Source: Camelus ferus (taxonomy: Eukaryota). From it: a DNA stretch of 64,000 bases. Below the pieces are notes generated by a model that saw nothing but the letters and a program-made list of their open reading frames with translations, was not told the origin of the DNA and searched no databases. Below, piece after piece: positions 51,471-64,000 of this stretch. The translations under genes and the position numbers were made by a program. Positions within the stretch are counted from its first letter, which is position 1. Each line of letters begins with the position of its first letter. Location: NCBI RefSeq assembly GCF_009834535.1, contig NC_045697.1, forward strand, positions 38,566,001-38,630,000, written 5' to 3'.

Positions 51471-51494
51471 GGGGGAGGAGGAGGAGGAGGAGGA
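51471..51494. repeat. (GGA)n short microsatellite
   Basis: gggggaggaggaggaggaggagga read directly. Confidence 0.9.
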
Positions 51495-51889
51495 TTCCTC
51501 TTAGAATGTGTCTTTGCCTTTTACCCCAGAGCCTGGCAGTGACCCGCAGAGTTCAGAGCTATTATCAAGATATAGGTTGGTTTCTAGCCCTCCTAGAAAA
51601 AGAGAATGCCTCATCTCATGGTTATTTGAACTCTAATTTCAAATTGTATGTGCACCTGTAATTGCCTGTATATCTGATATATTATAAATATTACTTATTT
51701 ATGTGTTTGTCTAGAATTGTAGGCAGCTTGAAAGAGGGGCAACATTATTTTTTCACTATCTAGAATACATGCCAGTGAGATTTAATATGTTTTGGGATTG
51801 GGGTGAAACAAGATAAAGAAACCTTTATTTACATCTTTTGAGGCAATCTGAATTACTCTGAGAAATATCTAAAGCTTTTAAGCTTTTTT

Positions 51890-52368
51890 TCTCATAAAGT
51901 GATACATGATATTTGTCTTTCTCTGTCTGACTTACTTTACTTAGTATGATAGTCCACCCATGTTGCTGCAAGTGATGTTATTTCATTCTTTTTATGGCTG
52001 AGTAATATACATACATACCACATTTCTTTATCCTTTCATCTGTTGATGGACATTTTGCTGTTGACGGACAGGTTGTCTCCATGTCTTGGCTATTGTAAAT
52101 AGTACTGCTGTGCACATTGGGGTGCGTGTGTATTTTTGTTTATAGTTTTCTTCTTTTCTGGTTATATGCCCAGGAGTAGGATTGCTGGATCATATGGTAA
52201 CTATATTTTTAGTTTTTTAAGGAACCTCCACACTGTTTTCCATAGTGGCTGCACCAATTTACATTCCCACCAACGGGGCAGGAGGGTTCCCTTTTCTCCA
52301 CATCCTCTCTAGCATTTATTATTTGCAGACTTTTTGATAATGGCCATTCTGACTGGTGTGAGGTGATC
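51890..52368 (-). mobile_element. L1 fragment (ORF2 C-terminal / 3'UTR)
   Basis: tatgcccaggagtaggattgctggatcatatggtaactatatttttagttttttaaggaacctccacactgttttccatagtggctgcaccaatttacattcccaccaac. Confidence 0.93.
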
Positions 52369-52394
52369 AGTGAATTTCTTAATACTAACTAGCA

Positions 52395-52615
52395 CTATAA
52401 TCGCTAATGTTTGTTTTAGTATTCACCGTATGCTGACATTCTGCAAAGTTCTTTATATGCAGTATTACATTTAATCCTTACAAGTCAATAAGCTTTGTAT
52501 TATTATTATCATATGCTACAGAAGAGAACAGAAACTTAAGAGATTATGGAACTTGTCCAGAGTCTTGTAACTAGTAAGTGAAATGAGACTCAGACCCAGG
52601 ATCTGACTCCAGAGC
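52395..52615 (-). mobile_element. MIR
   Basis: catttaatccttacaa...acagaagagaacagaaacttaagaga...cttgtccagagtc...agacccaggatctgactccagagc. Confidence 0.8.
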
Positions 52616-52674
52616 ATGAGTCGCATGTAGAGTTAGCTCCCAGTCATGTAGTGTCACCAGCACACGCTTTCAGA

Positions 52675-52910
52675 ATGCAGCAAAACGGTTAAGAGCGTGG
52701 TATTTGGAATTAGACAGTCTTGGTTTGAATCAGCATTGCCACTTAGTAGCCGTGTAACACTGGGCAGATCATTTCACCTCTCTGAGCCTGTCTCCTCACC
52801 TATTGAAATGTGAAAAATAAGAACTTACAGAGTGGTTTGAAGATACTACCCGTAAAACTTTTAAGCCTGACCTATCCAAGGCTTAACAAAGTTTATTGGT
52901 ATTATTATTT
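52675..52910 (+). mobile_element. MIR
   Basis: ggttaagagcgtgg...ggtttgaatc...ccacttagtagccgtgtaacactgggcagatcatttcacctctctgagcctgtctcctc. Confidence 0.8.
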
Positions 52911-53988
52911 ATGAGAAAAAACAGCATTTACCCCTTCTGCCGTCAACTTCATTTAATTTTTACAAACATATTTTGAAATATCTTTTAAGTGTCCTCCATA
53001 ACCATTGGGAATTTATCATGAATGAGTCTGAAGATGCCTTTCATCCTTTCATGTCTTCAACCTATGTGGTTCTGGGCATTAGTAACAAGTTCTAAAATTT
53101 CCCACATGATTTGTGAAGGAGATTGATACAGTACTTCCATTTAACAGTTCCAGAGTGATTTTCAGTCTTTTTGTCCAATACCCTGGTGCTTCATCAATAC
53201 TTTGGATACTGATCTAGGAAAGGAATTCTTGAAAAAGTGATGGAGAGGAATGGAATATTCCTCAACAGTCTGTCTTCTGGCCTGGCTAGACAGCTGGAGA
53301 TCAGACTTAGAATCCACAGACCTGTTTTCTTCACTCACTTGGCATCTGACCTTGTTCAGCTAATGTAGCTTCTCTAGTCCAATGTGGAAAGCGAGTAGTG
53401 AGTTAACCATCACTCCCAACTCCTTGAAATTGCTATGTGAAAGGCACTTGAAAAGTAAAGTGATGTGATTCAGCAGAAATGAATCTGGTGGAGCAGATTT
53501 GATTCCCTGCATGAAATTTTATACTGAAGGAATTTTATACTAATGTTAAAGCATATACAAAAGGTAAAGCAGAAGACTTTTTTTTTATTATTAAAATTAT
53601 GCCCCAAATTAGGAGTTTTTAACTTAGGCTCCAAAACCAAGCTCAACAGCCACAAAGACTCAAGTTTAATAAACCTTTCTTCCTTCTTTAATGAAGAAGT
53701 GGAAGATTTTTTTATTCAACTCTGAAAGAGAGTTTTGCTGTTTGAGAAGCAGAATGATCAAAGCCAAAGTAGAGATTCCACAGCATGAGCATCAGCTCTG
53801 GCTTTGGCAGTGTCAGGGAGCTTATTTAATCGCTTTGGCAGCTCCCAGCCCGTTTTGCATGCATCACTTTCTCTCATTTAGTCAGAGTGACTGTCACATA
53901 TGCAGTGGCTTGTGTTGATAAATAGTTGTTGACTCTTGTGTCGCAGTGCATGCCTAGCTCACTAGCAAGTCTGTTAATTTTTCTTGAT

Positions 53989-54255
53989 TAGCATTTCTCA
54001 AATGTTTTTGACTTGATCTAGAGCATGAAATATGTCTTATATCCGAACATATGTGCATATAAAGTTGTGTGTACCCGTATACATAAACACACACATATAA
54101 ACTAGAAACCAAAGTTTCATGAAATCGTACTGACCCTGTTTTTTATTCCACTCTCTTCTCTTCTTTTCTTAGTTTTAAAGAGTTCTTGGTCCTGGCCCAC
54201 TAAATTGATAGCAGTGTCCACTAAGTGAGCTGTCACTCACCACTTGAAGGACAGT
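53989..54255. mobile_element. hAT-Charlie-type MER element (MER112/MER113-like)
   Basis: Ends agcatttctcaaatgtttttgact...cacttgaaggacagtg; internal aactagaaaccaaagtttcatgaaa and cccactaaattgat; exact family uncertain. Confidence 0.55.
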
Positions 54256-55449
54256 GGCTTTAGGGTTCCCCTTAGTTCATACCTCCCTGGGCTTCACGTG
54301 TCCTCGAAGGAAGACTTTACATCTTCTTTTCAGCCTACCTCCAGTACACACACATGCCACCATCGTCACCAGCACTAAAGCCTTTGGACCCTCGGGTAGA
54401 GGGAGCCCTATCAGCTGCTACCAGGGGGGTTTTCCCCAGGAAGACTTCAATTTTTTCTCATAGGAGGCCAGAATGTTGAAAACTTTGTGAATCTTGAAAA
54501 AACAACTTACTCTCCTCTTAAGTTTTGAGTATTAGCTGGTGTCGGGAACTCAAGAATTCCTGGGATATGCCAGTGCTAGCTCAGTGCTCTGTACCCAGTA
54601 GGACTGCAGTAAGTATGTGTTGGTCAGTCATCACCCCAGATCTGCACTGATCACCATGGACACAGGGCTCTTGCAGGGTTAGCGCTGACCTGTGCTGGAT
54701 GGAATAGCATTGCTTCTCCATAGGTGGGCTGAGTTTAGAAGACAGGACATTAAGTTGTAGGATTATTAGGTGAAGTAAGAACCCAGGTAGGGCGTATATT
54801 CCTGAATATGTAAGACACCAAGAAAAGCAGACAGGCAAATGCAGGGCTAGCAAAATCTGAATATACTGAGGCAGAATTGGCCAGCAACTAAAGCTGTCTC
54901 CATTTGTATCATTGACCCAGAAGTCTCAGGCTGTCTGGGACCCATCTGACTTTGCCTTTCGGACTTAAAAGAACCCTGAGTGCCTAATGTAATCCCTGAT
55001 ATCTTAGAGGTGTATCTGAAGGCAGGTCCACGTGTTTTTCCCAGATTTGCCATTCATGTTAATCACTTTTCTTAGAAACTTCAGTGATTCAGACCCCAGG
55101 ATGTCAGTGGGGTAATGGGGGTAGGGGTGCAAGTTCTAGGACTGTGACACTATTCCTTCTCCATCAGCATTCTCATTCTTAGGAGTGGGACCCTGGATCC
55201 TGATACAAAGAGATGGAATGACTTGGCTCTCTTTGCTGGCTTGTAGACTATGTTATTGCTGCTTCCAAGCCCTGAAAGTCCTTAATTTTGCAAAAGAAGC
55301 ACAGTGGTAGCAAAGCCATTGTAATTAGGAGACAAACCAGGAATGGAGAAAATATAATGAATATAATTAATAGATAATTTATGAAAAGAGTTACAGGTCT
55401 TATAAGCCAGAATATATTCTAAACTTCCCTAGCTTTTTAAAGAAACAGT

Positions 55450-55590
55450 TTATAGAATTTTAGAACAGGGAGGGGACCTTAGATAGTATATAGTTTAGTT
55501 GCTTCATTTTACAGATTTGGAAACTGAGGTCCTAAGAATCTAGAAAATGGCAGCAGTGACTAAATAAACCCAGGTCTTCAAGATTCTGAG
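55450..55590 (-). mobile_element. MIR fragment
   Basis: tagaattttagaacagggaggggaccttagata...cattttacagatttggaaactgaggtcc. Confidence 0.7.
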
Positions 55591-57271
55591 GTTTGTTTCC
55601 CCACCTTCACATGACTTCTTGAGATGAAGAGCGTATCTCCTTATTGTTGAGAAATAGGTCGCAGAAAATCACAGTTTTAGCCGCTATTGGACTCAGTGAT
55701 GCTAAAACAAACAAATCAAAAGGCAGCAATATTTGCCCTGAGGGCTGAGGTAATAAAATTCGAACCATGAAGTTTTGTGGTCCAGGAGTGAGGTTTCCTT
55801 TGTGAGGTTTCCTGATGTTCGTTGTGGAGCTCCTGTGACTCTCCTTGAAGGCTTGGACAGTGAGTTGTGTGGCAGAAATTTTCATTCCTAAGACACTTGT
55901 CACCTCAGAACCTAGATTACCTCACAGAAATGATTCCCAACGATAAAAGGACAAAGGATAGCTTTGGGTTTTTTCCCTGCTTCCACATCACACAAACCCA
56001 GTGGGTACTAGTCAAAGAGGTAACACATCTAAGATGCGGGTGGAAATTTAGATCATGGACCCTTAGAGTCTCAGAATTGGATTATCATTTATTCCACCAG
56101 TACATGGTACACGAATTAATGGAAAAGTTCGACAAAACAGGTAGTGGATGTGTCTTTTTGTGTCTCTCCAGAATAGGACATTGCCAGCGTGAATCTGTTC
56201 CCTGTCTGAGCTGTTGTCTGAGATTGACTCTGGGAATGAGAGAGCTGGTGGGAGGGCAGTGATTCTCGAAGGATGGCTTCATCCCCACAGAGTGCTCTCC
56301 AGTGAGAAGAGAGTAAGGAGCCAAAAAAAATAAACGTGCTATTAGGGGGGAAAAATGGGGTTTGGCTCAAAGAATAGCCTGGCAGGACCACCTGACACAA
56401 TCTGGAATACTGAGACTATAGAATTTTATTGGGAAATCTTTTAAAATAGTTTTAGGTTTTTTTGGTTTTTTTTTTTCTGTTTTCAGAAATGATAGCTCTA
56501 CCCTTTGGTAGTCACAGAGGACCAGGTGAGGTCTTACTCCTTTCCTAGACCATGTGAACACTAATGGTTTCATTCTGTTACCACTTGGGTCTGTATTTCC
56601 TGGGTCATGTACTCAACAAGCAACAAGCACTTTGCCCTATGGGTCCAGGAGTGTCACTTTGACCTTGATTCACTTTCAACTAGTACCATCTAGAATCCCT
56701 GCTAAATTTATCAATAATTGATGCTCACATAATAGAACCTAGTGACTTCTGTCACATCTCTAAGAATTTTACAAAGGTGTGGTTCCAGAATTTGACCCTC
56801 AAGTCATCTTTTATCTAGAAGGAACTAAAATTGCACCTGCCCCTAAGTTAAAAAAGAAAAGTATTAGTCAATCAAATCATTCTGAAATCTGTAACTTATT
56901 ATTTAGCTAACCTTAATTGAATCTTGTATTGTCAATAATTACTACAGTTTTTCTTATAATTTTCAACTGTCTAACCATTTAGCTCATTTCGCATTAAACT
57001 TGTGATAGTCACATAAGTTAACAGAAAATCCTCCATTCAACAAGCCTCAGTAAACATTGACATTGTTCAGGGCTCTTCTCTGGTGTATCAGTACCACTCA
57101 GCTCTCAATTTAATGAAGGTACCAATGTACAAACATAAAGATTTTGAAATTGTTAACAGTTCAGGATTGAAAGAATATCAGACTGAGACCACTGAATCTT
57201 TTAAAAATCAGTTTGTTTTTAAAAGAAATAAGTGACACATAATGATGTCACAGAGGCTACAACCTTGCAAA

Positions 57272-60081
57272 CGTGGTGATTGGACCCGGTGAGCAGGAGG
57301 CAGCAATCACTCTAGACATACTGGCCAGACATTTTTGTGACAGAGGATGGGAAATAAATTCCACTGAAATTCAGGGGATTTTCACATTAATAAAATGTCT
57401 AGGGGTCTAGTAGTCTGGGGCATGTCATGATAATCCCTCCTAAGGAGAAGGCTAAGTTGTTGTATCTGACCCCTCCTGCCACCAGACGTCCACTGCCTGG
57501 TGGGTTTTGGAGGCAGCATATTCCTCATTTGGTCTGCTTCTCTGGCCCATTTACCAAGCGACTCGAAAAGCTGTTCATTTGGAGTAGTGCCCAGAGCAAG
57601 AGAAAGTTCTGCAGTAGGTCCAGGCTGCCGTGCAGACTGCTCTGCCCTTTGATCCATGGGACCCAGCAGATCCAGAGGTGCTTGAAGTGGCAGTGGTGGA
57701 TGGGGACGCTGTCTGGGGCCTTTGGAGGCCCCTGTAGGTGAATCACAACACATACCCTTAGGGTTTTGGAGCAAAACCCTGCCATCTTCTGTAGAAAACT
57801 CTCTCCTTTTGAGATACAGTGTTTTGCTTGCCTGTGGTAGGTGTTAGCAGAGACTGAACGCTTAACTGCAGGCCACCAAGTTACCGTATGACCTGAGCTG
57901 CCCTTCATGACCTGGGTGTTGTCTGACCCACCAGGCCATAAAGCTAGGCATGCACAGCAGCCCTCCATCATTAAGGGAAGTGCTATATATGAGATCAGGT
58001 TCATGCAGGCTCTGAAGGCACAAGTAAGTTACAGGAAGAAGTGGCCCGAATGCCCCTGGCCCCCACTCCTGCCCACTGCCTTCTCTCTCCCAGCCTGCAC
58101 CTGTGGCCCCATGGGGAGTTCCCTACGACTAGTTGACTGAGGAAGAGAAAATTCGGACCTGGCTTAGGGATGGTTTTGCATGATATTCAGGCACCACTTG
58201 AAAGCTGTCACATTCTAGCCCCATCCTAGGACAGCCCTAAAGGACAGTGGTGAGTGGAAATCCTTCCAGTGGGCAGAACTTCAATCAGTGCATCTGGTTG
58301 TTGATGTTTTTTGTTAGGAGAAATGGTCAAAGGTTTAAGTCTGTAACAAGTCATAGGTTGTGGCCAGTGGTTTGGCTGGTCGGAAGGAATACTTGGAAGG
58401 AATATGATTGGAAGATGGATGACAAAGAGATCTGGGCAAGAGGTGGGTTGATAGACCTCTCTGAGTGGGCAAAGCATTTTAAGATATTTGTGTCTTAAAT
58501 GCTCTCCAAAGGGTGACCTGAGGAGGATTTTAACAGTCAAGGGATAGGATGACCCATTCTGCGGATACCTGTCAGCCTCTTTTCCCAGCCACACTGTCAT
58601 TGTCCAGTGGGCTTATGAACAAAATGGCCATGGTGTTCAGGGATGGAGGTTATGGACGGGCTCAGCAACTCTGACTTCCACTCACCAAGGCCCGAGACCA
58701 CCATTGAGTCCCCAGTATGACACCATTCCCTCAGTCGATCAGCTAGCTACCAGTTTCAAGTTCATTAAATTGGACTGCTTCCATCATGGGAACAGCAGCG
58801 CTTTGTTCTTATTAGAACAGGTACTCTGGATACAGATTTGCCTTCTCTGCACGCAGTGCTTCTGTCAAAACTATCATCCATGCACTTACAGACTATTGTA
58901 TCTACTATAATGGAAGTTCACACAGCATCACTTGTGATCAAGGAACTTGATAGGTCCTTGCTCATGGAATTCACTGGTCTTGCCATGCTCCCCATCATTC
59001 TGTAGCAGCTGGCCTGGTACAGTGGCAGAATGGCCTTTGGAAGACTTGGTTACAGTGCCAGCGAGGTAGCAATGCTTTGTGAGACTGGAGCACTGTCTTC
59101 TAGGATGCAGTGGGTGTTCTAAGTCAGTGTCCAATATGTGAGGTGCTGTTTCTCTCATAGCCAGGCTTCATGGGTCCAGGAATCAAGGTGTGGATATGGG
59201 AGAGGCTCCATTCTCTGTCACTCCTAGTGATCTAGTCAGAAAATTTTTCTTCCTGTCTCCTTCACCTTAGGTTCTGCTTCTCTAGGGTTCTTAGTTCCAG
59301 TGGGAGGAATGCTTCCACCAGGAAACACCACAGTGATTCTGTTGAAATTCTTGAGACTGTCACACAGCCTACTAGAGGGGCTACTCCCATCTCTCAATCA
59401 GCAGGCAAAGAAGTGGGCCACTGTATGGGTTGGAGTGATGGACTCTGATTACCAAGGGAAAATTCACCACTGCTGTATAATGGAGGTCAGGAAGAGTATG
59501 TCTGGAATACAGGAGATCCTTTAGGGCATCTCCTGGTATTCTTGTGTCCTGTGAGGGAATCAAAACTACAACAGCCCAGTTCAGGGCAGCTAACGGACCA
59601 GGTTCTTCAAGAATGCAGGTTTGAGTCATCTAACCAGGCGAAGAACCATAATCAGCTGAGGTCCTTGCTTAGGGCAAAAGAAATATGGAATGGGTAGTGA
59701 ACGGAGATCGCTATAAAGACCAGCAACAACCACATGGCCATTGCAGAAACAACCCATAATAGTTATAGGCAATTCTTCCTTATTTTGTTATGAATACATT
59801 TGTATATGTTAACCAAATGTTTTTGCTTTCTCTCTTATCTCCTTAACATTAACATGAGATGTATTAATAATAACTTTATATCTCAGTATATAAATTGCAG
59901 AAGTGTGAGCATCATCCAAGGACTTTGCATCTCTTTCTGGGGGATGGCTTAGTGTGTTTTCAGATGTAGGCAGGATAGTTGTATCATGTCAGTGGAAGTA
60001 TGACTTTGTCGTGGACTCTATTTGGAAAGGAAGTATGGTTTAAGGAGCTGTGCACGAGTGCCAAGTTGACAGAGGGTGGAG
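57272..60081 (+). mobile_element. pol: ERVL internal region, 5'-truncated and frameshifted (RT tail, RNase H, integrase, dUTPase)
   Basis: Fragments matching recalled ERVL pol: IGPGEQEAAITLDILARH...GWEINSTEIQG, KAKLLYLTPPAT, GFWRQHIPHL, PLGFWSKTLPSS, MTWVLSDPPGHKARHAQQPSIIK; many stops and frameshifts; polypurine tract gacagagggtggag directly before the LTR. Confidence 0.93.
59300..59500 (+). pseudogene. dut: ERVL dUTPase remnant
   Basis: ORF GGMLPPGNTTVILL...LNQQAKKWATVWVGVMDSDYQGKI contains dUTPase motif 3 (GVIDxDYxG), downstream of integrase as in ERVL. Confidence 0.85.
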
Positions 60082-60517
60082 TGTGATGGCCATTTTGATG
60101 TGTCAGCTTGGCTAGGATATACTCCCCAGTTATTTAATCAAACACAAATACTGTTTAATTGAGCTGTTGGTGTGAAGGGATTTTGTTTGAAGTTAAAGTA
60201 CATCATCAGTTGACTATAAGCAAGGGAGATTATTCAGCATAATCTGGGTGGGCCTGATTCTATAAATCGAAAGGCCTTAAAAACAGGATTGAGGCTTCCC
60301 TGAGAGAAGAAATTCCACCTGTGAATCAGCAGCAAATTCCAGCCTGCCCTTCCTGAGGTCTTGCCCTGTGGGTTTCAGACTTGTTTAGCCAGCCCCCACC
60401 TGGCAGATGCCAACTCCTGGCAATGAATCTCAATATATCTTACATGCACACACGCAGGCACGCACGGACGCAAAACACCTCCTGCTGGTTCTGTTTCTCT
60501 GATTAAACCCTGATACA
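60082..60517 (+). mobile_element. MLT2D-like 3' LTR of the ERVL
   Basis: tgtgatggccattttgatgtgtcagcttggctagg...ccagttatttaatcaaacac...ctggttctgtttctctgattaaaccctgataca; TG...CA termini. Confidence 0.9.
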
Positions 60518-61121
60518 GCCTCAGATGTCCCTAAAAGCTTTTGTTTGAACCATCAGTGCTGCCAGCTGGGCCCCTGCACTGATCTTATAAGCTATTGGGT
60601 GTTCAGTAATATGTGTTGAACTGAGATGAGTTTAAGGTGTTCAGCCTTTGTGTAGCGGTATCCTCTGTTGAGGCTGTTTGCTACTATACTAAGTATGCAG
60701 GGCAAGGTCGCAGGCAGCTCCCCCTGCCATTGTTTTCCACTCAGAGTCAGGTATTGATTCACAGCACCCTCTGAAACTCAAGTGAAAGAAATTGGCAGTG
60801 AAAAGAACTGCCACCCATACATTTCCTCGTAGTGGGAGAGATGTGGCCAAATACTGAGGCTTCCCGTTAAAAATCATATCTGCCTCTGTTACTGTTTCTC
60901 AGTATTATTTGGATTCTCTTGTGAATTGTTGTGAAACGTTCTTAAAAGGGGGTTCTGAGATAAACCAATGGGAAAAACTAGAAAAATTAAAAATGGATGT
61001 GATTTTGAGTAACGTAGGGCCCAAGAAACATCCAAGTAGTTATCATTTTCATTGGTAGGTCCTTACCTAGATCTAGCAAGTGCAGTACAAACCTATTTCA
61101 GTAGGTTCTGTTCAGTACGTA

Positions 61122-61698
61122 CAGTCAATTCTCCTGTCACGTGACATGTGTGTTGCTAAAAGTCAATGAGCTATGCAAAATCACAAAATGAAAACCAAGG
61201 GCTAATGGGAAAAATGGGATAGCAGCACAACACACAAAAAATTACCAGTGAGATATTTAAAACAGTAGGAACCTAACAAAAGATGCAGCACAGTTTTACA
61301 CATGTTGAATGGTAATGAAGTAAATCAGTACTACAATAAGTACGGTACTTTACCTTGAACAAGACCTGAAGTTTGCTTGTGGACCAGAGCATCGGAGGAG
61401 GGCTGCACCTTGTACATTATTGTGAGGCGGTGGAAGGGGGGTTTTCTGACATCAGACAGAAAGCTGTAACCCCACATGTGCATGGGTTAATCTCATAACA
61501 CAAGTGGCAGTGTGGGGAAACTGGTAGACATTTGAGGGGTGTGTGTGTGTGTGTGTTGTGTGTATTCCTATGCACCTCCATTCAGCAGGGTGCAGTGTTC
61601 TGCACTCACCTAGTGTTTCTCATGGATGAGACAGCATATATTAATCACATTGGAACAAATTTGCATTTTCAAAACAAGTGTGATTGCGGAACTGATTG
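61122..61698 (-). mobile_element. Tigger9a-like TcMar-Tigger element, near full length
   Basis: TA TSDs at 61120-61121 and 61699-61700; imperfect TIRs cagtcaattctc / gcggaactgattg; internal ctttaccttgaacaagacctgaagtttgcttgtgg and cacctagtgtttctc match the recalled consensus. Confidence 0.82.
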
Positions 61699-61934
61699 TA
61701 TTGCTCAAAGAGATCACCATCCTTTTTACCTGTACTTTCAAAATCCCAAAAGTTCTTTGTAAGTTTGGCACAAATTTGTTTGTTAGCAAAAATTAAGGTA
61801 AATAAATGCTTTCCAGAAACACTGTATTTGATTATAAATGCCTGTCACAGACCCCACTGGGATCTAAATATGCCTCTATGCAATCTGAAAAATTCTGATT
61901 CCTAAAACACATCTGGCCCCAAGGAAATAGGGAA

Positions 61935-62870
61935 CGGTTGATCCGAATATTGAGTGTCTGCTTTGTGTCAGGCATTGTGATAGGGGCTGCAGGTAGAGAA
62001 TGAACAAGGTGCAATCCCTGTGGCCAGGGAAGTTGCATCCAGGAGCTGTGGTGTGCTTCGTGGCAGTGTAATAGATGTCTGCATATGCACAGATGGAGAA
62101 CAGAGGAGGGAGTCGATCTTTCTGGCCAGAGTGTTCAAGGAAGGCCTTCCAGAGTATGTGACTCCTGGACTGTTTGGGGGGATAGTTAGGAGTTCTCGAG
62201 GCAAAGGGAGAAAGGCATTTCAGGGAGAAGAAGAACATCTGTAAAAGCTTGAAGGCACAGAGTCCCAAAACAGATCCAGAGTGATCCTTTTTTGATATCA
62301 CACAACCACAATGTGGTATGTCAGTTCACTAGGGCTTCCATAACAAAGTACCACTGACCCAGTGGCTTAGCACAATTTATTTTCTCATTATTCTGCAGGC
62401 GAGATGTCCAAGATCAAGGTGTCATTGGTGTTGGTTTCTTCTGAGGCTTCTTTCCTTGGCTTGTAGATGGCTTGTCTTTTCTCTGTGTCCTCACAGGGTC
62501 TTCCCTCCATGTGTGCCTGTGCCCTAATCTCTTCTTTTAAAGATACCAGTCATGTTGGGTTAGGGACCACCTTAATGACCTTTTTATCTTAGTTACCTCT
62601 TTAAAGACCTTGTCTCCAAATACAGTCACATTCTGAGGTACTTGTCGGGTTAGGACTTCCACATATGACTTTGGGCAGACACAGTTCAGCTCATAACACA
62701 CGGTGTGGCACAACAGAAGTATGAGCAAAGTGGACAGAAGCCAGAGGAAGGTGTGCTTAATTATCACTGGGCTTGGGGATTTGGGAAAAGCTTCAAGGAC
62801 ATAGATCTTGAAGAATGACTAGAATTTCATCATATTGGGAAGGAAGAAATGACATTTCTGGCCCAGGGGT
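61935..62870 (-). mobile_element. L2 fragment interrupted by an MLT1B
   Basis: aatattgagtgtctgctttgtgtcaggcattgtgatagg...aggaaggccttccagagtatgtgact; L2-like sequence resumes after 62703. Confidence 0.65.
62317..62698 (-). mobile_element. MLT1B-like MaLR solo LTR
   Basis: ctagggcttccataacaaagtaccac...gtccaagatcaaggtgtc...ccttggcttgtagatggc...aaagaccttgtctccaaatacagtcacattctgaggtact...cagttcagctcataaca. Confidence 0.9.
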
Positions 62871-63713
62871 CAAAGCCAGTCCAAGTGCTGGGCCTGCCTT
62901 GCAGGACCTCAGCATGTGCCATGACCCTTCCACCCAAGTGTCCAGGACCTGCCATTCCCTGCTGTGGGTCGGTTACCACCATCTCTGCCTTTGACCCCTG
63001 ACTTGTGAGAACCACAGTGTCTACCCACCTGGAACTTCTCACCATTTGTTCCAGGGACCCCTGCCCTCTTTTAAAAGAGTTTTATTGATGCTGTATCTTC
63101 ATTTTCTGCAACAGCAAAACAGCAAAATATCTTTCTCCCTCTATGCTTCCCCGGAAGAGGAGACAGCTGTTCCTTCTCCCCCCATGTGACCTGATAGGTG
63201 CCACCACGCCCCTTCCTTCCTCTCCGGAAGTAGCATCTCAGTCCTCAGTCTTGTTGTGGTGGCACCAGAGAGCATGGCCCATTTGACATGTTGCCAGCAC
63301 CTGAGTCTGAACTGAAATATACTGAGACCATGTGGTCCCTTAAAGATGTGCCAGCCACCAAGTACTTGTGCATCAGAATGTACTTCTGCTATCTTTTTTT
63401 AACTGAACAGTTTCTTCTTAAAAGTATTCTGGTGTTCCAGAGCTAGGAAAAGCCCTGCAAAATTCCTCTTAGATTAGTAAAATTATAGGATTCAGGCAAT
63501 TGCTGCGTACCGTGTCCTAATATATGCTATTTACACGCGTGTTTGAAATCACAACTTGGCCACATTAGGTTTATTTAACCAGTAAGACCCCACATGTTTC
63601 AGTTGACTCACTCATGTTTACTGAGCGGTGTGCTCCAGGATTCAGGGAGGTGTGTGTGTAAAAGATATGGTACCTAAAGAAACTGAAAGGTGTTTGAAAG
63701 AAATAATGAAGAC

Positions 63714-63975
63714 ATTGTTTCCCAGAGTATGTGCAAAGGAACACTAGTCACGGTGAATATCCAGAAAGTCGTTTCCACGGCCAGACAAGTTTGGGCAGCA
63801 CTGCCTAGTCTCTGATCTTTTGGAGCACAGTAATGATATCAGCATATCAAAGACTCTGAAAGATCCCATAGTAAAGAAGCATACTTAACTTTGTTTTATG
63901 TGGATTCTCAAATGTACTGATCTTTGAATGAGAACCTGGTGCTGCCCCCACAGAGCATATCCTGAGAAACTCTAG
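63714..63975 (+). mobile_element. MER103C hAT-Charlie DNA transposon
   Basis: cattgtttcccagagtatgtgcaaaggaacactagt...ccacggccagacaagtttggg...cagcatatcaaagactctgaaagatcccatagtaaagaagcatacttaactttgttt. Confidence 0.82.
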
Positions 63976-64000
63976 CCTAAGACATTGATGATGTTCCAAA

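Noticed and set aside
57525..58004. Longest ORF in the track (159 aa, minus)
   Set aside because: Antisense shadow of the ERVL pol fossil
1..64000. CRISPR array, operon or prokaryote-type defence system
   Set aside because: Sequence is mammalian; no regularly spaced direct repeats or dense ORF clusters were seen

Overview
This is mammalian non-coding DNA, most likely intronic, and rich in repeats. It is almost certainly from a camelid (camel/alpaca/llama), because it carries nine copies of a tRNA-Ala-derived SINE with the Vic-1-type AT-rich tail. Most of the window is transposable-element fossils: young camelid SINEs and cetartiodactyl L1 3' ends with clean target-site duplications (TSDs); old L1M/HAL1, L2 and MIR fragments; MaLR (MLT1) LTRs; two ERV1-type solo LTRs; a 5'-truncated ERVL provirus (RT tail, RNase H, integrase, dUTPase, MLT2 LTR); and DNA-transposon remnants (MER103C, MER45A, MER58A, Tigger9a). 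None of the six-frame ORFs is a recognisable intact gene; the only ORFs with recognisable homology are ERVL pol/dUTPase and LINE fragments. The best non-repeat signal is a set of + strand candidate exons: a 5'UTR exon at 8868-8930, an ATG-bearing exon at 9184-9264, and a phase-compatible exon at 20256-20362. They suggest an alternative 5' end of an unidentified + strand host gene. I found no convincing previously undescribed biological system. Repeat family names come from recalled consensus sequences, not a database search, and boundaries of old elements are approximate.
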